In this document: positions 50,940 to 62,861 of the stretch, piece after piece
Layout of the letters: every line of letters starts with the position of its first letter
How positions within the stretch are numbered: position 1 is the stretch's first letter
Assembly (NCBI RefSeq): GCF_006345805.1
Contig: NC_043010.1
Span: forward strand, 1,860,001-1,924,000
Length of the DNA stretch: 64,000 nt
Source: Octopus sinensis
Lineage: Eukaryota
Reading direction: 5' to 3'
Notes under the pieces: model-generated
Told to the model about the DNA's origin: nothing
Seen by the model: the letters and a program-made list of their open reading frames with translations, nothing else
Database searches by the model: none
Position numbers and translations under genes: made by a program

Positions 50940-52821
50940 ATAAAAATCTAATATGATAATAATGGCTTCAAAATTTGCCACAGGGGCAACAATTTTGGGG
51001 GCGGGGAGGAGTCGATTACATGAACCCCAGTATACAACTGGTACTTATTTTATCAACCCCTGAAAGAATGAAAAACAAAGTAGACCTTCGTAGAATTTGA
51101 ATATGCATTTTGCCCAACATGCTAATGATTCTACCAGCTCATTACATTAATGATGATAAATTCACCTCTGGAAACATTGGTGTTTCGTTCACCCTTAAAC
51201 CACCCTTATTCAGGGATCTTTTGAGTAGGAAGAGCTACTCAACCTGAAAAAAATCCTAACAGGGCCCCACCTGCAAGATCATGTTCTGTTTATCTTGATA
51301 TGAGATCATCATGTTGTGCACATATGGTTGTGATGCATGTGCCTGGTGTACCCTTATCAGACGAGTCATCATGATAAGTATACTAGGCTTCGTATATTTT
51401 ATCCTAGTGTTACTTTGATAGCATGTAGTGCTCTCTCACTCATTGATAATAATAATAGTATTGGCTTTAAATTATAGCACAATGCTAGCAATTTTAAAGG
51501 GCAGGCGCAACTCAACTACATCAACTCCAGTACTTGACTGGTACTATATTATATCAACTCCAAAATAAAGACAAAGTTGATTTTTACAGGATTTGAACTC
51601 AGAATGATAAGAACTGGAAAAAATGTCACCAAGTATTTTATTCACTGTGCCACTGATGCTGCCAACTAGCCTCTTTAATAAAAATAATAATAATAATAAT
51701 AATAATCCTTCGTGCTGTAGGTGCAAGGCCTTAAATGTTTTGGAGAGGGGATCTAGTTGTTTACATTGACCCCAGTGTTTCACTGGTACTTGATTTATTG
51801 ACCTCAAATGAATGAAAAACAAAGTCAAACTTGGCAGGACTTGAACTCAAAACGTAGCAATTGGCAAAATACCACAAAGTATTTCGTCCAGTGTGCTAAC
51901 AGTTCTGCCAGCTCGCCACCTTAATGATGATGATGATGAATAATAATAATAATAATCCGGGGGAGGGTGTAAGTTGATTACATTGACTCCAATGCTTGAC
52001 TGGTACTCATTTTGTTGACCCCGAAAAGGTGAAAAGCAGAGGTGACCTCAGTGGAATTTGAGCTCAGAACATGAAGATGGATGAAATACCACTAAGCATT
52101 TTGTCCAGGGTGCTAACAATTCTGCCAGCTAAAGGATTTGCTAAATGCACCCCTACTTAAAATTGTGACCTTGTGTCAAAGTCAGAATTTATTGTTGTAG
52201 TTGCTGTTGTTAAGGCAGTAGATTAGCAACAGAATTGTTAGAGAATTTGATAAAATGTCTTATGATATTTCTTCCAGCAGTTTACATTCTGGGTTTCAAG
52301 TTTTTCCACAGTCATCTTTGCCTTTCATCTCTTTAGGGCTGATGGTTGATAAGCAAAAGTACCTGTCAAGTACTGTGATAAATTTGGGCCTTCAGCCTAA
52401 TCCAAAAGCCATTAGGCAGCGTGCCAGGCAAAATATTTAGTGGCAATACGTCTGTCTCTAGATCGTGAGTTCAAATTATACTGAGGTCGATTTCACCATT
52501 TATGTTCTCAGGGTCGATAAAATAAGTACCAGTTACACACTTGAAATCATTATTAATTATTATTATTATTATTATCATTATTATAATTATTATGGCAGTG
52601 AGAGGGAAGAATCATTAGCATGCTGGGCAAGATGCTTAGTGGCATTCCATCCCTCTTTACATTCTAAGTTCAAATTCCACCAAGGTCAGCTTTGCCTTAC
52701 ATCCTTTCAGGGTCGATGAATTAAGTACCAGTCAAGTACTGAGATCAGTGTGATTGACTTTTTGCATCCCCCAAAAATTCAGACCTCGTGCTGTCAATAA
52801 AAAGGATTATTGTTTGAAACA

Positions 52822-52863
<42 letters not shown>

Positions 52864-53570
52864 TACTGTTAATATTGTTATTAAGGCTGCAAGCTAGCAG
52901 AATCATTAGTATGCCATGTAAAATGCTTAGCAATATTTCTTCTGGTTTCACATTCTACATTCAAGTTCCATTGAAGTTGACTTTACCTTTCATCCTTTAA
53001 GGTTTGATGAAATAAGTACCAGTTGAGCATGGGTTCAATGTAATCAACCAAACCTGCCTGCTAAAATTTAAGGCCTTAAGCCTTTAGCAGAAAGGATTAC
53101 TATTATTATTATTATTATTATTAAGGCAGCAAGCTGGCAGAATTGTTAGCATGCCAGGCAAAATGCTTTGCAGTATTTTGCCCGTCACTACGTTATGAGC
53201 CTAAATTCCACCGAGGTCAACTTTGCTTTTCATCCTTTCAGGGCCAGTAAATTAAGTACCAGTGAAACACTGGGGTCAATGTAATCGACTAATCCCCTCC
53301 CCACAAATTTCAGGCCTTGTGCCTTTAGTAGAAAAGATTATCATTATTATTATTATTATCATTATTATTATTAAGGCAGTGAGCTGGTAGATTCATTAGC
53401 ACACTGCTCAAATGCTTAGTGGCATTTTGTCTGCCTTTATGTTCAAATTCCACCTAAGTTGACCTTGCCTTTAATCCTCCAAGGGTCGATAAAATAAGTA
53501 CCAATTGAGCAGAGGGGTCGATGTAATCGACTTAGCCCATCCCCCAGAATTGCTGGCCTGGTTCTATTAT
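50940..53570. mobile_element. Dense array of about 10 family A SINEs separated by (ATT)n/(TAA)n
   Basis: About 4 minus-strand copies at 50940-52140 and about 6 plus-strand copies at 52200-53570, each with GGCAG.A...TTAGCA head and AAGTACCAG core; one family D fragment intervenes. Confidence 0.8.
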
Positions 53571-54030
53571 CATTCTGTGCCTTCGCTATACCTACTGAGC
53601 ACATCTCTATGTATGTTGAATGTTTTGGTTTTGTTTTCTGTTTTGTAGAGTACTCTATACAATGTGTATTTAGCCATACTATTATACTAATATGTGTAGT
53701 ATAATTATATGTATTATACTATGTGTACAGTAATAATATTTCATGTATGCTGCATACATGTGTAAATCTTTGGGCATTCGTTATATATTGATTGGCATGT
53801 TTGTTAATTAGTTCCAAAGACATTTCATATTACAGGAATTGCTTGTTTCTATCTTCCACATTGTGGTTATCCCTATTTTTAGATCTTTTATTTATATTTT
53901 AGTTACTGAAGTGAAGTCATGTAGGGGCATTGCCTTGAAGGGTCTTAGTCAAACAGATCAACACCAGTATTTATTCTATTGGCCTGTTCTGCTGAATGGC
54001 TAAGTTTTGGGGAACAAAGACGAAGACACA

Positions 54031-54073
<43 letters not shown>

Positions 54074-54689
54074 TAATAGATATATATATATATATATATA
54101 CATACACATATACACACACTCTGATATATGACAGGCTTCCATGCACTTCAGTAACCATATCCACTCACAAAACTTTGAACAGCATGAGGCCATAGTAAAA
54201 AACATTTACCCAAAGTGTCATGCAGAGAGATTGAACCTGGAACCATATGGTTGAAAAACAAACTTCTTACCACATGGCCATAAATGTATGTGGATAAGTT
54301 TCCCCTATTCTTCACAAGATATATTATTATCTGTTGTGGCAGACACTTCAAGCAGGGTAATATTTCTTTACGTATTTTGATCACAATATCCTGCCAGTTA
54401 GCCTTGATCTTTAACAAGCATTCATCATTGGACTGTGATCAAGCTGGAGCACCACATTCAGTTATGATTATTATTGTGTTTGTTTTGTGGGTCAAACAAA
54501 ATGTTTAGCGGCATTTCTTTCGACTCTTTACATGCTGAGTTCAAACTTTGCTGAGGTCAACAATCTTTGTTTTTCGTCCTTCAGAGGTTGATAAAATAAA
54601 TATACCAGTGCAGTGCAGTGCTGGGCCAATGTAATCAACTAACTCATCCCACCACTAAAATTGCTGGCCTTGCACCAAACTTGAAACAT

Positions 54690-55990
54690 TATTATGACTA
54701 CTTCTACTACTAGTCCCAAAACCACCACCACCACCACTACTACAACTACTACAACAACTACTACTACTACTACTACTATACTACTACTACTACTACTAAT
54801 AATAATAATAATAATAATAATAACAATAATAACAACAACAACAATAATAATAATAATTAAATCTACATTTTCTTGGCAAACACATAAATAGTAATGATGA
54901 TGATCAGCATCACCATAAGCGCAACACCAACCACGCCATTGTCACCATCATCTCAACCATATCAACGACTGACATTGTTGACACTGTTGTTGTCACTATC
55001 AGCGACAGCAGCATTACAGCCACAACATCCACCCTTACCATTCCCACCACCACCATCACCACCATCCTCATTATTGTTCACCACTGCTGCTGCCACAACC
55101 ACCACCACCATCGTCACCATCTCCATCACTGTTGTTGGTATCACAACCAGTGAGTGGCTCCCCACATGCAGCTTTTCCTTCAAAACTTTTACAATACTGA
55201 CCCCCAAACCGCATCCCCCACTTCAAACTACTATCAGCCCCATCATTCGCCACCCCTGATGTGACAAGTAAATGATAATAAAACCTCTGTATGGTCACTG
55301 AATGTACTCGAAACAACAGCCAAATATTCCTTAAACCATAACCTATCATGTTAAAAAAAGTAAAAAGTCCAAATTGGATGTGTCATACGTGATGGTCATC
55401 TTTGGAATATTTTTGATCATAGGTCTCCTGATTAGGTTGCCTGGGACTAAGCAGTTATAACTTATGTTGTATTCATCACTATTGTTGTCATCATCATCAC
55501 CACTGCCACCATCATCATCAACACCACCACCACCAACATTATCACCATCATCATCATCATTTCCATCACCAGCAGCAGCTCCAACATTTTCATTATTACC
55601 ATCACCACCACCACCATTACCACCACCACTACTATCACCACCACCACCACCATCATCATCACCATCAATGCCAGCATTGTCATCAATATCATAACTTAAT
55701 TTACTCTTCCACACTCCATCCCAGGCCCACCCCACATGAATTTCACAGCGTCCACCCTAACATACCACTGCAACCGTGACCATCAATATGATTACCATCA
55801 TCATCATCACTACCATCACAATCATCATCATCCTTGCAATCATTGTTGTCATCATTATTGCCATCACAATCATCATCATCATCATTATCATCACCATCAT
55901 TATCGTTATCATTGCCCGTTATCATTTATCAGTGTTGTCATCGTTTTACAATACCATCACAACTATTGTCGTCAATATGATAGTCACGTA
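54690..55990. repeat. Trinucleotide low-complexity tracts (ACT/AAT/ACC/ATC)
   Basis: Direct reading; source of the poly-T/P/H/I/G/D ORFs. Confidence 0.85.
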
Positions 55991-56284
55991 AAATCTTAAC
56001 GCTCCAGATCTGTCCTGACCCGACCCGATCTGACCCCGCATGACTTCCGCCCTGCTGACCTACCCCCCAACACACTACCTTGCTTCTTCCTTTTCATCAT
56101 CATCCTCATCATCATCTTCCTTTTCATCATTTTCCTTTTCATCCTCATCATCATCATCTGTCCTCTTGCTTTTTATCCTCATCATCATCATCATCTCCAT
56201 CATCGTCACATACAAGAAATCTAACTCGACTCTACTGAAACTAAAACTGAACTATAGAGGAAAGATATTAAAACTTACACTTAC

Positions 56285-56735
56285 CTGTCTGTTTTCTTCT
56301 TGTTGTCGTCGTCTTTGTAGTTAAAATCCCATAGTTGTAATTTTGCTTTTGTTATTATTGTTGCTTATGTGTTTGTGTTATTAATGTTGTTCCTATTCTT
56401 GTTAATGTTAGTGATGAAACAACTGTAAGAGTTGTTGTAGTTGTTTTTGTTGATGTGGTAGTTGTTGCTAATACCAATGCAGTTGGTTTTGATAATGCTG
56501 TTGTTGTTGTTGATGTTGGTGATATTGCTGTTGTAATTGTATTTGTTGTTTAGTGTGTTGTTGTTGTTGGTGGTGGTGGTGGCGGTGATGACACTGTTTT
56601 TGTTGTTATTGTTTTCTGTTGTCAGTTAGCCGAGACGTGCATCTTACTGTTGAGAACACTTAATAGTCACTGCTGCTGTTGTGTGATCTGCTGGCTCTGT
56701 TATACAGCTTAGCTTGCTCCAAGTTCTCTACTGCA
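56285..56735 (-). other. Candidate non-coding first exon of an unidentified minus-strand gene
   Basis: Perfect donor CAG|GTAAGT after 56285; (AAC)-rich leader with no ATG-initiated ORF; unique sequence at 56620-56735 bounded by GA/CA microsatellites. The upper boundary is a guess. Confidence 0.25.
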
Positions 56736-56777
56736 TGTCTCTGTCTCTGTCTCTCTGTATGCCTGTGTTAGTGTGTC

Positions 56778-56815
<38 letters not shown>

Positions 56816-57244
56816 CCTGTATCTATATATGTATGCACATGCTTGTGTCTGTGTGTAAGAAAAAAGATAGACAGACTGACAAAGAAGTCCATAGGTTTAG
56901 AACGAGCCAAATACATGCATGTCTGTACATATTTATATGCACGTGTGTGTGTGTGTGTGTATATATATATGTATAATATATGAAAATGAGAGAGACAGAG
57001 ATGGGGACATATATATATATATATATGAGAGAGACAGACAGATTGGGATGTATATATATACATACACATACATCCACACTTATACACACACATGCACATA
57101 AAGTGCAACACACGATACTCTCAAACCTCAAGTTACTTATGTAGCTTTATAGCTAAATAATAGATGGACAGATGGACAGACAGATGGACAGATAGATAGA
57201 TAGAAAGATAGATAGGTAGAGTGATATGTGTATATATGTATGTA

Positions 57245-57258
57245 ATTGGCTAGCCAAT
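57245..57258. promoter_or_regulatory. Palindromic double CCAAT box ATTGGCTAGCCAAT
   Basis: Perfect 14-bp palindrome in a non-repetitive island (57240-57480). Confidence 0.25.
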
Positions 57259-58476
57259 GACAGGCTGCTTAAGGCTCCTTTGGGAGTGAGAGGGGGGTGT
57301 CTCATAAAAATTTATAAATATAAATTAAAGAAAAATTAAATTAAAAAAGACGGCATAAAACCCCAGGAAGATTGCAGCCCCTCTGCTCCCAGCTCCAACC
57401 CTAACATTGTCATTAATTGACAATATGAGTCATTTATTAGTATAACAATATCCTTTCAAACAAAATGTAAAATTTTAAATGTTCCCATACATAAGACCAT
57501 TACATTGATATGTATATAATTACATGCGTATACACTCATACATACATACATATATACATAGTTGCATATGTATATATATTATATATTTCAGACACGCATA
57601 TTTACATTAGTATTTAACTATATATGTGTGTTTTTATCATCATATGGTCTTGTAAGATTAAACACATATAAATATATCAACATGCATATATATGTGTATA
57701 TATGTGTATATATATATATATATATATAGATATAGATATAGGCACACACACACATACACACACTTATATAGACACACACACACAAACATGTGGATATGCA
57801 CAGGTGTATATAAAGCCAATAGATAAACATACACTAATAAAAACAACCAAAGTATATACATATTTAAAAGTATTCACCATACAAACAGAAACACACACAA
57901 ACACATGCATATGAATACACACACACGCACACACACACACACATATGCAATCACACACAATCACAATCAAAGACACACACATGTGCCACCTATCAGAAAC
58001 TGTCCAGTAATTTGTGAGATAAGTACAGAGAGAGAGAGAGAGAGAGAGAGGGCGAATGGAAATAAGAAAGAGTGAGAAGAAGAAGAAGAAAGATAAAATG
58101 TGAGAAGAGAACATAAAGTGTAAGAAAAAAAGAGAATGTAAGAGAGGAGAGAGGGGGGGGTATAAAGAGAAAGAATGGACAGACAATGGTGAGGGAGGGT
58201 GAGAGGTGGTGCTGGTGAGTGTCAGTGTGGAGTGCTGGTGGCGGTGGCAGTGGTTGTGGTGTTGGTAGGGGTGGAATATGTCTTGAAAATGAATTTTCTG
58301 AAATAAAATTGCTGCCAAAATTCCACTTATATATTACAATTAATTAACTTTAACACGGACTTCAATATTTCCTACATTAATTGCTTCTCACACCCCGTTC
58401 AGCTTTCCAAAAGCTGTTTGAATATTTCTTAGTATCTCTCTTCATCTCTCTCTCTCTCTCGAAATATATATGTACA

Positions 58477-58521
<45 letters not shown>

Positions 58522-59145
58522 CATGACAGAGAGAAGGAGAAAAGATAAACATAATATTATATCTTTATCACTTTCCCAGTCTCTTACACTCTCATTATAT
58601 ATATATAATATATATATATATATACACACATATACATGCATGCATGCATATATACATATATGTATACACACATATATAATCAGTTTCTCACTTTCCATCT
58701 CACCCTTTCTCTCTTACTCTCTCCCCTAAACACTGCATGCATTTTAATGTCAGCGAATTTGAATAAAATTAGAGAATTCCTCTAAATTATTCCAACCATT
58801 ATCTATTTTCCAATTGCCTCCTGACACCCTGTGGCTGATTCTCTCTCTCTCTTTTCCTCCCTTTCTCCCTCACTCCCTACCTCTTTCACCACCTCTCTCT
58901 CTCTTCCTCACACATTCTCCTGTTCATGAAATACCAATTCATGCTTATGAATAAAAGATCACTATAATGCGACTAGATTACAGAAGTTCTGATTACTGCT
59001 TTCTTAAAGATGGGCATCTTCCTCTTAATATTACACCCCACCACCTCACTCCAGCATCTCCCTCTTTCTCGCTCTCCCCAAGGACCCTCTACCCACACTC
59101 TGACACTCTGTCGTACCTTACCTCCAACCTTCCATCTCATTAAGG

Positions 59146-59178
<33 letters not shown>

Positions 59179-59249
59179 TTCTATCTTTCTTTGTTGTCAA
59201 AGACATTGCCATTGATGCCACCTTACTAAATATCTTAATCATCATCACC

Positions 59250-60240
59250 ATCATCATCATCATCCTCAGTGTTCTAATCATCATTACCATCATCATCATC
59301 ATTACAACTATCAGCTTCATTTGTAATAAAATCATCATTCACATCATCATCATCATCATCATCATCTTACCCTCATCAACTACATCACCTCTACATAACC
59401 AATTGACCTCCCAATGATTACAGCCAAGTCTCCCACAAATCAAATTCTATCTTCTTGAAGAAAATAAAGGGTCAGCCATATTAAATAACATTGTCCTGGA
59501 ATCTTCTAGAAAGACTGGATAGTCATGACTGGAAGGCCTTTAATGGTAGGGATACTCAAGCAGCATTGGCTTGGGGCTAAACAGCAACGATATCATCATT
59601 ATCACCAGTGTTGCAGCCATCACAATCATTATCATCATCGTGATCATTATAATAATAATAATAATCATTGTTAAAGGATACTATCAACATTATCAAGAGT
59701 CAGAAATAATCATCGTTGTCATTACTGTCATGTGATAGATCATTATCAAACTTCGCCATAATGATTCTTGAGATCATTATCATCACTGTCGTCATACTTC
59801 TCATCACCACCACCATTATCACCATCATCAACATCACCACCACCACCACCACCAGCATTATCCTCATCACCAGAACCATCATCATCATTGTAATGATCAT
59901 GACTATTATTCTTGAATTCATCATCAAAATCATCTCAATAGTACTCAAGATTTTCATCATGTTCATCACCGGCAACATCACAATTATACTCAAGATCATC
60001 ATTATCATCATCATCTCCGTCATCATTATCATCATCACCAGCAACATCACAATTATACTTCAAGATGATTATCATCAACTTCATCATCATAACAACTCTC
60101 AAGGATTTTATCATCAACATCATCACAATTGTAATTATTTTCACAGATTGTTATCATCATTATTATCAATGTTTCATCAACATCACCATCATCATCATCA
60201 AAGGATATTAGGATTATCAAAGAAACCATTTCCACAGCCT
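59250..60240. repeat. (ATC)-rich low-complexity tract with a higher-order unit of about 69 bp
   Basis: CATCACC(G/A)GCAACATCACAATTATACT at 59964 and 60033; recurrent TCAAG(G)AT. Confidence 0.8.
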
Positions 60241-60822
60241 TCATCAAGTGAAAATTCAGCCTAAATATTAATATTGTATATATTCTCTATCATACCATGG
60301 TTATACATTATTTATATCAGTATTTGGTAAATGTTTCAACAGAGTAAATGATATAGACACGGTGGATGAAGAGTAAATGATATCTACCCTGTGGACCAAA
60401 ATCACACTCCACCCTCTGGCTCCCACAGACATTTCGTCTCTATTCACTCTTCCTATCCTCAAACAATTACAATAGCTTCTACTCTTCAGAGTTGGCTGGC
60501 TGACTGGTCACCTCCACTCAAGTTTTCTTGTCACCTACACTCAAGCATACCTGACTCATTCAGCTCTTTTCTTCTCTACACTCATAGTGAATCTGTACAC
60601 TCTAATATTTGACATTCTGGGTTCAAATTCTGCCGAGGTTGACTTTGCCTTTCATCCTTTCGGGGTCAATAAATTAGGTACCAGTTAGGCACTGGGGTCG
60701 ATGTAATCGACTTAATCCATTTGTCTGTCCTTGTTTGTCCCCTCAGTGTTTAGCTCCTTGTGGGTAACTACATTTGCACCCAGTGCTAACCACTTGCCTG
60801 CTCTTGCTTAGAAATTCCTGCC

Positions 60823-61285
60823 CAGACATGGCTGTGTGGTTCAGAAGCTCACTTTGCATCAATGGGATTTCGGTTTCAGTGCCACTATGTGGCACCTTGG
60901 GCAAGTAAGTATCTTCTACTATGTACTCCTAGGCCAACCAATGCTTTGTGAGTGAATTTGGTTGACGGAAACTGTGTGAAAACCTATCATGTGTGTGTGT
61001 ATACATGTATGTGTGTGTGGAGACATGTATGTGTGTGTGTGAGTATATATATATATATATATATATATATACAAGTGTGTGTATGTGTGTGTGTATCATT
61101 GTGTTTGTGTTTCTCACATTGCTTGACAAACCATTCTAGTTTGTTTACGTCTTCATAACACTAGCAGTTCAGCAAAAGAAACTGATAGAATAAGTACCAG
61201 ACTTTAAAATAATTACTAAAACCTTCAAGGCAGTTCCTGCAGCATGGCTGTTGTCCAAAGACTGAAACAAGTAAAAGATAAGATA
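60823..61285 (+). mobile_element. SINE family B, older full-length copy
   Basis: Head ATGGCTGTGTGGTT, core GCACCTTGGGCAAG, internal microsatellite, tail GACTGAAACAAGTAAAAG. Confidence 0.78.
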
Positions 61286-61556
61286 TATGATATCACCATC
61301 ATCATCATCTGTCTGTTTTCCATGTTGGCATGGGTTGGATAGGTTGTCACTGTCTGTGTCCTATCTTACCTGGATGAATTGGAAGACTGTGCCTTCTCAG
61401 ATGAATTTGAAGACTGTACTTCGCTCAGAAATAAATATTTATTATTCACATTAGTGAGGTATCACAGTCATTCTTTTATTTGAGGGAGATGTATCAGCCA
61501 CCAGTATATTGGTAAAGGATATAAATATCATCATGAAACAAAAAGAGAAACCATTA

Positions 61557-61634
<78 letters not shown>

Positions 61635-61869
61635 GAATCAATGATTGCTTCATTGTAAACCAGTAACCAATGATACAACTGTTAGAAAGAAGCTTTTACT
61701 TTGCTGTTTCCAATGTTCTGTGATGTGTAGCCATAGAGAAATGTTACCTTGTTTGAAGTGGGTAATTGTTGGCAACAAGAAGAGCATCTGGCCATTGAAA
61801 ATCTGCCTCTATAAACTTCACCCAACTCATGCAAGCATTGAAGAAAAGTAAATGTTAAAACAACAATGA

Positions 61870-62861
61870 TACTCTTTTACTTGTTTCAGTCATTTGACTG
61901 CGGCCATGCTGGAGCACCACCTTTAATCGAGCAACTCGACCCCGGGACTTATTCTTTGTAAGCCCAGTACTTATTCTATCAGTCTCTTTTGCCGAACCAC
62001 TAAGTGACGGGGACATAAACACACCAGAATCGGTTGTCAATCAATACTAGGGGGACAAACACACACGCACATATATATATATATATATATATATATACAT
62101 TTAGCAATTAAGGACAACCACTTAATAAGGAAAACTTAACAAGAAATTGTCAGGTAGATAGCGTGGAAACCTCATAAGAGAAAAAATTTCGAAAATAATT
62201 ATTTCTTATTGAGCATATTAATTTATATATAGAGGGCGTTAGGAAGGGCATCCAGCTGTAGAAACACTGCCAGATCTGACTGGCCTGGTGCAGCCTTCGG
62301 GCTCCCCAGACCCCAGTTGAACCGTCCAACCCATGCTAGCATGGAAAACGGACGCTAAATGATGATGATGATGATGATGAGGGCATTATACATACATGCC
62401 AGAAGGCATTATACATACAAGCCACATGCTAAGAGGGACAATTAGTCATTTCTACCAAAATATACTAATCCACCGAATGCAATTTTTCAAAGTAAGACAT
62501 TTAAAAAATTATAGACCTGTATCACAGTGATTTCATACTTACGTATTCATCAGCAGGCCTGAATGTATTATAAATAAACAACGACCCTGCCCCGCTTAAG
62601 CCGATCAGCTAACTGATCAACATCAACGAAGCACATGGTGAGTTTACATATATTACATCCGGATAAATGGCAAACTTTTACGAATTGATACATATATACG
62701 ACGGGCTTCTTTCAGTTTCCGTCTACCAAATCCACTCACAAGGCTTTGGTTGGCTCGAGGCTATAGCAGAAGACACTTGTCCAAGATGCCATGCAGTGGG
62801 ACTGAACCCGGAACCATGTGGTTGGTTAGCAAGCTACTTACCACACAGCCACTCCTGCACC
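61870..62861 (-). mobile_element. SINE family B split by an insert of about 590 bp in its (TA)n
   Basis: 3' half at 61870-62099 and 5' half at 62689-62861; the insert contains a family C fragment and the hammerhead motif. Confidence 0.8.
62513..62560 (-). ncRNA. Type I hammerhead ribozyme, structurally complete
   Basis: AGGCCUG-CUGAUGA-AUAC-GUAA-GUAU-GAAA-UCA-CUG-UGA-U-A-CAGGUCU. 7-bp helix I (one G-U), intact CUGAUGA and GAAA core, 4-bp stem II with GNRA loop, 4-bp helix III, AUA cleavage triplet. Confidence 0.8.

Noticed and set aside
59700-60264. Poly-Ile/Met membrane-protein-like ORFs
   Set aside because: (ATC)n low-complexity DNA; the hydrophobicity is a codon artefact.
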